Sequence record: OR496884.1
Reading direction: 5' to 3' (one strand)
DNA: 64,000 nt
Shown here: piece by piece, positions 39,686-47,868 of the stretch
How the letters are laid out: each line of letters starts with the position of its first letter
How positions within the stretch are numbered: position 1 is the stretch's first letter
Translations under genes and position numbers: made by a program
Notes under the pieces: generated by a model
Database searches by the model: none
What the model saw: the letters and a program-made list of their open reading frames with translations, nothing else
Told to the model about the DNA's origin: nothing

Positions 39686-39871
39686 TTAAAAATGTCCGGA
39701 AGAAAGGTATTTAAATATTACCGCATAAAGCCACCCGACTAATAAAACCGATAATGTTAACAATGAAACAACAAATCGATCTTTATTAATTTTAACTGGT
39801 TTTTTACCACCCATTATTCCAAACCCAATTAAACCAAAAACGGTGAATAAAACAATTAGCAATTCGTTCAT
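39686..39871 (-). CDS. Small two-TM membrane protein (61 aa)
   Basis: Two hydrophobic segments; coupled to the upstream gene. Confidence 0.55.
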   Translation of the reverse strand: MNELLIVLFTVFGLIGFGIMGGKKPVKINKDRFVVSLLTLSVLLVGWLYAVIFKYLSSGHF

Positions 39872-40155
39872 AGGTTCATATAAAGGTAAAGGACCTTAGC
39901 AATGTAAATTCCCAAAACAAAAAACGGGAGCGAATACAAGACCCCAGGGAAAAGAGATTTAAAACTTTCCATAAATGACGGCGTCATCACTTCCAAAACG
40001 GTGGGGCGATGTTTACCGTATACTAGTTCGGCATGAATTTTGTCAGCTCTTACACGACCATAAACTCTAGCCAAAATAATGATCCCAATAATGATTAATG
40101 TTTCAACAAATTCATTAAAAAACATATCTTGGAAAGCGACATTAAAAATTCCCAT
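39868..40155 (-). CDS. Small two-TM membrane protein
   Basis: Hydrophobic segments; start uncertain. Confidence 0.5.
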   Translation of the reverse strand: MGIFNVAFQDMFFNEFVETLIIIGIIILARVYGRVRADKIHAELVYGKHRPTVLEVMTPSFMESFKSLFPGVLYSLPFFVLGIYIAKVLYLYMNL

Positions 40156-40168
40156 AAAACAATTCCTA

Positions 40169-40558
40169 TTAATGCAAAGGTGAAGTTGTAACAATGTTTG
40201 CAACAGTCAAATCAAATTGATCTTTTCGTTTTAAATTTATGATGACGCTTTGAGTGTCCGATTCCGTTGTAAGACGTTTAACATCCAGCGGTGTACTTAT
40301 ATCGTATTGACAATAGTCATTCCAATAGAACATCCAATTATTTTTAACAGGAATAATTAAACATGTCCTTCCACCAATTTTCCCAGAAAAGATTGGATTG
40401 TTATTAATCAGATTAATATTAAACAATATCTTCCGACTATTTATATTTGAAACATAAAACCCCTTTTCTAATCGGGTATTTTCTATTAATGTGGTTGCGT
40501 AAATAAAATCAAACACATTTTTAGCACTAAAGAAAAGATGATCTATTTTTAGTAGCAT
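40169..40558 (-). CDS. Hypothetical protein (129 aa)
   Basis: AGGGA RBS. Confidence 0.55.
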   Translation of the reverse strand: MLLKIDHLFFSAKNVFDFIYATTLIENTRLEKGFYVSNINSRKILFNINLINNNPIFSGKIGGRTCLIIPVKNNWMFYWNDYCQYDISTPLDVKRLTTESDTQSVIINLKRKDQFDLTVANIVTTSPLH

Positions 40559-40579
40559 TGATATTCATCCCTAAATTAA

Positions 40580-40599
40580 AGAGGGATAAATATCCCTCT
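40580..40599 (-). terminator. Short terminator-like hairpin
   Basis: agagggata-aa-tatccctct. Confidence 0.55.
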
Positions 40600-40606
40600 A
40601 CATTTA

Positions 40607-40711
40607 TTATTCTTTTTTATTGTCTTTATCCTTGGAGAAAAATACTCGATATAAAAAGAACCCCATAACAAGATTAAACAATAAATAAAATAGCACAAAA
40701 TAGACAAACAT
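40607..40711 (-). CDS. 34-aa single-TM peptide coupled to thyA
   Basis: TAATG overlap with the thyA stop; MFVYFVLFYLLFNLVMGFFLYRVFFSKDKDNKKE*. Confidence 0.5.
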   Translation of the reverse strand: MFVYFVLFYLLFNLVMGFFLYRVFFSKDKDNKKE

Positions 40712-41802
40712 TAGACCGCCACCGGGAACTTGATTGCAGGACCTACTTGTTCTTTTGAATAGTTGATATATACAAAATCTTCAGGTTGATATTCCACAAT
40801 AGAGTCTCGTTTAACATTCAGTTCAAATTGGCCGACATCATTAAAGACCTCAGGATGGTCTTGCAAATACCCGAGATATTTTTCAACACCATTAAAATGG
40901 TTGTGGTAAAGATGAACATCACTTCCAGAATAAGTTAGGTTTCTTGCAACAAAATTGTGACTCTTGGCAATAAAGTGTGCCAGATGTCCATACATATTAA
41001 AGTTAGCAGGCAAACCCAAAACAGTATCACTGCTTCGCATAAAGAACTGGAGATCAGAAAAGAATTTAGGGACATTTTGTTCGTCCATGTACTTTACAGT
41101 TTCTGGGCCACCACCAAATTTTTCCATTATACTATAAATTTGTGCTATCAGATCAAAATCCTGTTTGTTCACCCATTCCAATCGATCAGTAAATGACATC
41201 GGTTGACAAGTAACAGTCCAGGCAAAATGACAAGGTGTCAGTGCTTGTTTACCTACTTTATAATTTTCTTTTGGTGGTGTTTTGGAATCCGGAATAAAAG
41301 ATGGGTGCCAGCAATTTACCAAAATACGACGGGAAGTGGGATTGTGTTTTAACAGATTCTCAACATAAGCGATTTGATCTGTTTCAGTTCCATCTGGATT
41401 TGGCCAGTGTCGCCACAGGTAACCATAGACCGGTCCAAGTTCGCCAGTTGCATCCGCAAACTCACTCCAAAATGGAACGCCTAGTTTAGCCAGATCTTTT
41501 TCATTGGAAGACCCGCCGAGCATCCAAGTCATTTCTTTACCAGGGTTTTCCGGTTTCAAAAAACGACCTCTTACCAACGGGAATGATTCACGAAGATCAT
41601 GAGTATAAGAAACATGTGAAATGGAATTTACACCAGTTCCTGTACGATCTTCTTTACCATTAGTCACATTAACAAGTTCTGTAAGAAGTTTGGCGTACCA
41701 AAGTTCCCAGCTGTTAATTGCTTTTTCAGCCCAATTGTATTGAATACCCAAAAGGTCATTTTCTTGCATTGTCATTTCCCCTAAATGTTGTTGATCGTTC
41801 AT
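40711..41802 (-). CDS. thyA: Thymidylate synthase
   Basis: DRTGTG, LGPVYG, PTSRR, LTPCH (catalytic Cys), RSSDTVLGLPAN (dUMP-specifying Asn), DVHLYHNH. Confidence 0.96.
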   Translation of the reverse strand: MNDQQHLGEMTMQENDLLGIQYNWAEKAINSWELWYAKLLTELVNVTNGKEDRTGTGVNSISHVSYTHDLRESFPLVRGRFLKPENPGKEMTWMLGGSSNEKDLAKLGVPFWSEFADATGELGPVYGYLWRHWPNPDGTETDQIAYVENLLKHNPTSRRILVNCWHPSFIPDSKTPPKENYKVGKQALTPCHFAWTVTCQPMSFTDRLEWVNKQDFDLIAQIYSIMEKFGGGPETVKYMDEQNVPKFFSDLQFFMRSSDTVLGLPANFNMYGHLAHFIAKSHNFVARNLTYSGSDVHLYHNHFNGVEKYLGYLQDHPEVFNDVGQFELNVKRDSIVEYQPEDFVYINYSKEQVGPAIKFPVAV

Positions 41803-41829
41803 AATTTACCTATGTCAGTAAAAGAGAAA

Positions 41830-42078
41830 TTATCGTCTTCCTTTACGATGGATGTATTTATCATTTATAAAACATTCTGGTGCTCGTGCTCCAAGGTATT
41901 GATTCTTTTTCGGTTGATACATTTTGGTTTTATAACCACGATCTGGGGCTTTAAGATGATGAACATCTAAATCTGTTAAAGTACAAAACGGGAGCGAATT
42001 TATTTTGTTTGTCAAAATAATGTGGAACCCAATACCACCCGCCGCCGTTAGCAAAATACGTTTACCTATTTCTTCCAT
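41830..42078 (-). CDS. Hypothetical basic protein (82 aa)
   Basis: GAGG RBS; fills the gap upstream of thyA. Confidence 0.5.
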   Translation of the reverse strand: MEEIGKRILLTAAGGIGFHIILTNKINSLPFCTLTDLDVHHLKAPDRGYKTKMYQPKKNQYLGARAPECFINDKYIHRKGRR

Positions 42079-42088
42079 TTAACTCACC

Positions 42089-42499
42089 TCACTGTTTCCA
42101 GAAAACAACAAGCGCATTTATTAACATTTTCATTTCTTCAGCGGTAGAAATTTTAATGTCTAGTCCGTCAATATAACGTTCTTGATAATAAGACCAAGTA
42201 TAAGTTTTTATGCGATTATCTAATTTATCGTCAACCCGTTTTGCAATAAATTGAAATTGTAGATACATGTTGGTTTTCATGTATCCAACTTCATCCTTTA
42301 AAAGATGTGATAAATCACCATGGTTAATTCCCAGCATGACTTCCAACATCCCAGGAACCATAAAGTGATCATTATCAGGATGCGTCCCATTGAGTTCTAA
42401 AATACGCGAATAGAATTTACCTTTTGTAAATCCCGGTATTCTTCCATATTCTATTGCGTAAACTTTTTGCAATAAATCTAAATAAAATTCAACTGACAT
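42089..42499 (-). CDS. Hypothetical protein (136 aa)
   Basis: AAGGA RBS. Confidence 0.6.
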   Translation of the reverse strand: MSVEFYLDLLQKVYAIEYGRIPGFTKGKFYSRILELNGTHPDNDHFMVPGMLEVMLGINHGDLSHLLKDEVGYMKTNMYLQFQFIAKRVDDKLDNRIKTYTWSYYQERYIDGLDIKISTAEEMKMLINALVVFWKQ

Positions 42500-42521
42500 G
42501 TTCCGTCCTTGACAATATTAA

Positions 42522-43280
42522 TTAATCACAAATGACCAGTCCGTCTTTTTCAACTGTCATATAAACCATATTATTACTGCCTTTAAGTCGGATTGAATGA
42601 ATCCAAGTTTCAGGTGGAACCACAGACAACATGTTAATAAATTTATTGACTGTCAATGAACTACTCATTACACAATCGATAAACCCTGTAAATTCAGGAT
42701 GTTCTTTTTTGTTTTGTTCGATTCGTAACACACCGGTTGAAAAATCAGTTCCATAAAAAACTGGTGACTGTTTTTGGACTCTAAAATCATCTATTAACAT
42801 ATCTTTAACAACAATTTGATTTAACAAATTTAACAAATCTTTAACAGTGTTAATAGGTTGATCGTTAATGGGTGTGTTAGCAACCTTTGCTTGTTCTTTA
42901 TCGCAAAACTCTTTACACCACTCTTCGTCAAAATGGTTTTGAATGGACTTTGACAATTCAACCAAAGGTCTAAATTCAGTTTCCAAACTAGGTACCGCAT
43001 CAATAACATCTGATAGGGAATCGGTATCTAAAATGAACATAAAAATACTGGATTCAACTTTACTTTCAATTAAAGGACTTACGACGTAAGCCAACGCTTG
43101 TGCAAGATAAACCCTATAAGGTTTCCCTATCCATGGAATGTTCAATATATCTAATTGATTTTTCAGACCAATTGAATATAAACATATATCTCTTACGGTG
43201 TCTTGTTCTGAGATATAATAATTAAAATTTTCAATATTTGATTCAAACTTTTCAACGCCGATATCACGTAAAGTTTTCAT
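42522..43280 (-). CDS. Hypothetical protein (252 aa)
   Basis: AAGG RBS. Confidence 0.6.
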   Translation of the reverse strand: MKTLRDIGVEKFESNIENFNYYISEQDTVRDICLYSIGLKNQLDILNIPWIGKPYRVYLAQALAYVVSPLIESKVESSIFMFILDTDSLSDVIDAVPSLETEFRPLVELSKSIQNHFDEEWCKEFCDKEQAKVANTPINDQPINTVKDLLNLLNQIVVKDMLIDDFRVQKQSPVFYGTDFSTGVLRIEQNKKEHPEFTGFIDCVMSSSLTVNKFINMLSVVPPETWIHSIRLKGSNNMVYMTVEKDGLVICD

Positions 43281-43289
43281 GCCGTTGCC

Positions 43290-43994
43290 TTAATAAGTAT
43301 TAATTGGATTGATAAGAAAATCCCTACCTTTATTTACTCGTTCTTTGATTTTAGCAATTTCTTCTTGTTCGTATTTCTTGAGCATTGAGTTGATCCGAGA
43401 AGACCGAGTAAGTTTAGGGTGATCCAATTTACCTGTATGAATATTGAACCTGGATATTAGTCCTCCGCATTTATCCGGGAACATTGCATTTCCAAAAGAA
43501 ACAATCTCCAATGCATTGTTCCATCCATCCCCCAGTTTCCAATCTGGCATGTGGTCAATATATCCAGCAATCGCCGGTGCAGCTGGATCAGAGTAATGCC
43601 ATCGGAAGTCTCGATCAACTAAATCTAAACTTTGAAATATATCCGTAACGTGGGGTTCCGTGGTGGGTCCAAAATGTTCAAACCCAACCGCCATGACGTG
43701 ACAACTAACCCTTTCCCTTAGTAATTTTTGTATTCTAGTAAAGTGGTCCCTTGCGCATAGTTCCAATCGCCCGGCAACCATAAGCTCGTCAATAACGTCA
43801 CGTATATCACTGGTTACCCCGGTCCCAACCAAAGCCTTAATTGTTATATTGGAATTTTTGTCGTACCAGTTAAAATTAGGGACGACGATTTTGGTTAGAT
43901 GGAAACTATCACTGGATTTCTTATATTTTTTATTGATGTGAGTACTTGCACCATCGGCAACTAAATGTTTTCCGTCAAACGCTATGATAGTCAT
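43290..43994 (-). CDS. Ntn-hydrolase (HslV/proteasome-beta-like) protein
   Basis: N-terminus MTIIAFDGKHLVADG with Thr2 as putative nucleophile; downstream K, GTG and late G-G motifs. Confidence 0.6.
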   Translation of the reverse strand: MTIIAFDGKHLVADGASTHINKKYKKSSDSFHLTKIVVPNFNWYDKNSNITIKALVGTGVTSDIRDVIDELMVAGRLELCARDHFTRIQKLLRERVSCHVMAVGFEHFGPTTEPHVTDIFQSLDLVDRDFRWHYSDPAAPAIAGYIDHMPDWKLGDGWNNALEIVSFGNAMFPDKCGGLISRFNIHTGKLDHPKLTRSSRINSMLKKYEQEEIAKIKERVNKGRDFLINPINTY

Positions 43995-43997
43995 TAC

Positions 43998-44423
43998 TTA
44001 CCTCTTGGAAATAACAAAATCAGAAAACATGTCAAAAAAGGTTTCTTCATCACAAAAACCAAAGTCCAGCCGTTCTTCCGAGAAGTTTAATCTTTCTGGA
44101 TAAACTATTCCGACTAGATAGTTGTTATACGTTGAGTAATCACAAAGAAAATGACATTCATCTTCCAAGCAATATAACAATTTGCGCAAACTCATATCTT
44201 CTTTGCTATTTTCTTCTCCATGGATAATATCGACATAGTCTATTATCGAATTACACCAAGTAAATTCTTTTGGAGTAAATTCATGTTTGATCTTGAACGC
44301 TCGAGGAAGTTCAAGATCTTCTATTACAGTACCTGCGACACCAGCATAAAACAAAATAGCTTCTTTATCAGCAATTTCAATATGATAAGCTTGAAGAACA
44401 TTTTCTTGTGTAATATGTTTCAT
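43998..44423 (-). CDS. Hypothetical acidic protein (141 aa)
   Basis: In the kinase operon; about 28 D/E versus 13 K/R by hand count. Confidence 0.6.
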   Translation of the reverse strand: MKHITQENVLQAYHIEIADKEAILFYAGVAGTVIEDLELPRAFKIKHEFTPKEFTWCNSIIDYVDIIHGEENSKEDMSLRKLLYCLEDECHFLCDYSTYNNYLVGIVYPERLNFSEERLDFGFCDEETFFDMFSDFVISKR

Positions 44424-44427
44424 TGGA

Positions 44428-44820
44428 TTATCCTAAATCAATTTTAACCAGTTTACCTTCATCTGTTTTACAGAACTGGTTAATGTGGGCATCGTTATCC
44501 CAGAACTCAAAATCTAAATCAGATTCTTCCAGGAGTTTACTAAATAACTCTTTATACTCTTCTTTGTTTTCAAGTGGGGTATAACGTTTCATGATCACAA
44601 TCAAACCAAAAGGATCAGCAAAATAAAGTTTAGGTATACCTACCTTTTCTTTATTCTTTCTAATGCATTCCACCTCCCAACGGTTTGCATACATGTTGTT
44701 TGACAGAACTTCAAAGCTAGGTTCCCATACATCCCATGGAGATATTCTCGGAAACTTAATAACAAAGTTTGGAAACATTAACACATGCCGGCATGTTCCA
44801 ATTGCTTTTGGTTTTATCAT
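44428..44820 (-). CDS. Minimal protein-kinase-like protein A
   Basis: GTCRHV, FVIKFPR, NRWE, DAHINQ catalytic loop, VKIDLG. Confidence 0.65.
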   Translation of the reverse strand: MIKPKAIGTCRHVLMFPNFVIKFPRISPWDVWEPSFEVLSNNMYANRWEVECIRKNKEKVGIPKLYFADPFGLIVIMKRYTPLENKEEYKELFSKLLEESDLDFEFWDNDAHINQFCKTDEGKLVKIDLG

Positions 44821-45248
44821 TCATAAACCCCAATGTCGATTTTAACCAATCGACCATATTTATCCCAGCCGTAATTAAACACTTTATTATCTAGAAACCA
44901 AATATCAACGTACTTTGGATCTTCTTTATCTTGTAATAAAGTCAGTCGTTTTGCATAACGATGATAGTCGTCGTAACTATCTTTGACTTCAGTATACTTC
45001 ATCATTACAACAAATATACCAAAGCACCAATGACCAAGTATAACTGGTAGTGCTTCTGGGAATAGACCTTTATACTCTTTAACGACGTTTATTTCTTGAC
45101 GATTAGACTTTAATCCCCTTTTAAAATCTTTCCAAGATGTAGTACGTGGAATTTTAATAACAAAGTCATTAAAAATAAAAACCTGTCTATCTCTTCCGTA
45201 CATGCATTCTTTAACGCCAAACAGTTTCATTAAAATAAAATCAAACAT
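44817..45248 (-). CDS. Minimal protein-kinase-like protein B
   Basis: GRDRQV, FVIKIPR, NRQE, DNKVFN catalytic loop, VKIDIG. Confidence 0.7.
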   Translation of the reverse strand: MFDFILMKLFGVKECMYGRDRQVFIFNDFVIKIPRTTSWKDFKRGLKSNRQEINVVKEYKGLFPEALPVILGHWCFGIFVVMMKYTEVKDSYDDYHRYAKRLTLLQDKEDPKYVDIWFLDNKVFNYGWDKYGRLVKIDIGVYE

Positions 45249-45295
45249 TTGTTTATTCTCCTAAGTAAATAAACAGTATTGTTATGCACGTATTG

Positions 45296-45312
45296 ATAAT
45301 ATCGGTTTCAAA
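45296..45312 (-). promoter_or_regulatory. Putative early promoter of the kinase operon
   Basis: Minus strand tttgaaaccgATATTAT; 31/35 identical to the element at 31824-31858. Confidence 0.7.
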
Positions 45313-45377
45313 AATTATAAAACAAAGATTGTTTGAACCCAACCTTATTCGTATAATAATGACTTAGGTGTAAAAAT

Positions 45378-45968
45378 ATGATTACCGACAGTATTATCCG
45401 ATCAAAAAGAATAAAGGATCCTTTATTCTCATCAGTAAAATTATATCTTGCTGATCTTGCTCAACAAACCCTAGAGAAATTTGGATTAGCTAAATACGAA
45501 GAAATTACCAATAAATATTACAACCTTAAGAATGAAGATGTTCAAATAGAACCGCCCACCCTTTTCCCTAATGGTAAATTGATTGCATGTTTCTTATCTA
45601 GAAAAAGTGGTTTGTTTTATGCAGATGCTGTTCTTCCCACGGTAGAATTAAAAGATATTTTTAGAGACCTTTTAATTTCTATCCCAGAGAAAACTAAGTT
45701 GCAATTGGAAAATGAAATAAGTGCCAATCAAATCAATTTTGGCTGTTTTTTCTTAACCGATCAAAATGTTTATGTCGTTGTGTTAAACAACAATCAGAAC
45801 TCTATTGATAGTGCATACGAAGCCCTAGGATCAATTTATTGGGAAGAGTTGACACTTACCTTGGAACAGGAACAGAATTCGTATAATAAGCTTTCAGGGA
45901 GTTTAAAAGTTAAATCACCCAATATGGTAGAAATGACATTAGGTGTTTATTTTAAAGAACATTTTTAA
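45378..45968 (+). CDS. Stand-alone paralog of the N-terminal domain of the 60796 tail-fibre-like protein
   Basis: Shared DPLFS.+K.+L, K.ED, GK...C, V.LKDIF, I++EEL.L and SG.++V blocks. Confidence 0.7.
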   Translation: MITDSIIRSKRIKDPLFSSVKLYLADLAQQTLEKFGLAKYEEITNKYYNLKNEDVQIEPPTLFPNGKLIACFLSRKSGLFYADAVLPTVELKDIFRDLLISIPEKTKLQLENEISANQINFGCFFLTDQNVYVVVLNNNQNSIDSAYEALGSIYWEELTLTLEQEQNSYNKLSGSLKVKSPNMVEMTLGVYFKEHF

Positions 45969-45979
45969 ACAAAAATTAT

Positions 45980-46009
45980 ACCTCTGTAGACCGCATGGTC
46001 TACAGAGGT
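45980..46009. terminator. Bidirectional terminator
   Basis: acctctgtagacc-gcat-ggtctacagaggt. Confidence 0.85.
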
Positions 46010-46015
46010 TATGTA

Positions 46016-46442
46016 TTAAAAGTAATATGGATTTGCTTTTATTTCTTTAATTCGTATAAGAAAATCTTCCATAGTTATTTTCTTATATTCAACATCTTCA
46101 TCTATATCTGGAGTGAAATCTTTTTCAAGAAACAACCAGACATCTTTAACTTTTTCCGTTGAAAGTTGATATATGTTTGCGTTTTTGACCAGACCAAATA
46201 AAGTGGGTACTATTTTTTTCATCTGTTCGAACTCGACATGAAACAGAATCACCAAAAAACATCTCATTTGGTACCTCTTTATTCAGGTCAGCAAATCCAC
46301 CGTAAATAGGGTCACAACGGAAATCCCTAGACATATCTCGATGTTGATAACTGTCGCGTTTAACAGTCAACAAAAGAGATGTACAGATGCCATCATCTTC
46401 GTTAATTGCGTAATAACCAGAAAGATATTTAAACATGATCAT
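46016..46442 (-). pseudogene. Frameshifted paralog of 46455..46922 (ORFs 46146..46442 and 46016..46267 joined at an A7 run)
   Basis: The N-half is in one frame and the C-half in the +1 frame; both align to the intact neighbour. Junction GAT GAA AAA AAT AGT at 46213-46219. Confidence 0.7.
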
Positions 46443-46454
46443 TTCCTTAAAAAT

Positions 46455-46922
46455 TTAACAACCGTAAAAATCGTCATCAAAAACACGTTTCCAAATTTCT
46501 TGATATTCTTCACGTTCTATCTTTTTCCAGTCTAACACAACGTCACCTTCCCGACGAGACCCACCAGGATTCCGATCTTTGGGGACAAACAACATTACGG
46601 TAAAACATTTATTTGTTCCAGCCCCTGCAACATAAATGTCACAAGAAGACAATAAAGCTTTAATTCTTTCTTCAGTGTCCTCTTTAGTTTTAACGTTACA
46701 AGAAATGGATTCTCCATTAAAATGTTCAGGAAGGTATTTTGTTTTATCTCGAATAAGAGCGTTGCAAAAACCTCCATTGAATGGAATCATTCTAACAGCT
46801 ACCGCCATCTCTTTATGTTGGAACGCGTCATCTCGACGAGTGATAGCCAAACAACGACCACGACTAAATCGCTGTTCACCAATCCCTTCCAGAACAGTCT
46901 CACCAAATAAATATTTAAACAT
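46455..46922 (-). CDS. Hypothetical protein, intact member of a tandem paralog pair
   Basis: AAGGA RBS; MFKYL...R.D.FQH..M...PFNGGF...F.GES+SC. Confidence 0.7.
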   Translation of the reverse strand: MFKYLFGETVLEGIGEQRFSRGRCLAITRRDDAFQHKEMAVAVRMIPFNGGFCNALIRDKTKYLPEHFNGESISCNVKTKEDTEERIKALLSSCDIYVAGAGTNKCFTVMLFVPKDRNPGGSRREGDVVLDWKKIEREEYQEIWKRVFDDDFYGC

Positions 46923-46924
46923 TT

Positions 46925-47407
46925 TTATTCCTTATTAATTTTAACAAAAAGATCGTAATTGCTAAGACCTTTTTCATTGGTGATTTCTTTACCAAACCAG
47001 TCTGGAATATTTGTAAAGTTATTTGCAGACACTTCATCCGGAAACTCAATTTCAGCGATAACCAAGTCACCAAGGTAATAAAAACGATCCAGTTCGATAA
47101 TAACATCATGAAATGGAATTTTTACTCTTTCCTTAATAACCATCTCGGGAGCTGACGACTCTTCATATTTCTGTAGAAATATTTCTACAGAAATAATGTT
47201 TTCATTTTCAGTTCGAACAAGACCTTCCCCTGTTTTAATGGTTTTAAAACAAGTAACATTATTATCCGTTCTATTTTTTTGGTAACGGAATCTAACTTTG
47301 TCTTTGTCGTAAAATTGGCGAATATAAACGGTATTTTCATTAGAGATCAAACCAGATGGAACTTTATCCAAATCAATCAACCAGCGTCGTTCTATTTCAA
47401 GAGCCAT
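46925..47407 (-). CDS. CYTH-domain triphosphate tunnel metalloenzyme
   Basis: EIERRW (ExExK/R), VRFR, KTIK, RTENE, KER, ELDRF, IAEIEF, PDWFGKEIT...SN. Confidence 0.88.
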   Translation of the reverse strand: MALEIERRWLIDLDKVPSGLISNENTVYIRQFYDKDKVRFRYQKNRTDNNVTCFKTIKTGEGLVRTENENIISVEIFLQKYEESSAPEMVIKERVKIPFHDVIIELDRFYYLGDLVIAEIEFPDEVSANNFTNIPDWFGKEITNEKGLSNYDLFVKINKE

Positions 47408-47439
47408 TTTCGTATGTCCTAAATAAATATATTAAAAAT

Positions 47440-47473
47440 ATTAGCTGAACAGACACGTGTCTGTTCAGCTAAT
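47440..47473. terminator. Perfect 34-bp palindrome, probable terminator
   Basis: attagctgaacagacac|gtgtctgttcagctaat. Confidence 0.8.
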
Positions 47474-47475
47474 TG

Positions 47476-47853
47476 TCAAACGGTAAATTTACCCAGATTC
47501 AACTGGTTGTTTTTAGAGATCCACAAACTGATCACGTTGTCGTCGGTACCGTCATCGTAAAAATGTTGATCGGAAGAGGTACAGAGTGAATCGACCAAGC
47601 ACTTCAGGCGCTGTCCTTGTTCACCACCAAGCTTTCGAGCGTGAGCTTCAATTGCTTTGATCATACGAGCAGGGGTTTTCAATTCAGGAGTTTCAATCAC
47701 TATCGGTGGTGTGATCCAATCCAGATCGATCCCCAGATCTTCCACTTCCCCCTTGGTAGCCGACAGGATTACTTTGCTGGGAAGTACCCCCACCTTTGGA
47801 CTTTTAATAGTCCCAACAATGATCTGACCTTCTTTGATACCTTTAACACTCAT
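47476..47853 (-). CDS. Hypothetical early protein (125 aa)
   Basis: AAGGA RBS; host-like codon use. Confidence 0.65.
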   Translation of the reverse strand: MSVKGIKEGQIIVGTIKSPKVGVLPSKVILSATKGEVEDLGIDLDWITPPIVIETPELKTPARMIKAIEAHARKLGGEQGQRLKCLVDSLCTSSDQHFYDDGTDDNVISLWISKNNQLNLGKFTV

Positions 47854-47868
47854 AACGTTTTCCTTTAG

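Noticed and set aside
40711-41802. thyA as a base-modifying dCMP hydroxymethylase
   Set aside because: The dUMP-specifying Asn (GLPAN) is retained and DHFR is nearby; canonical thymidylate synthesis is the simpler reading.
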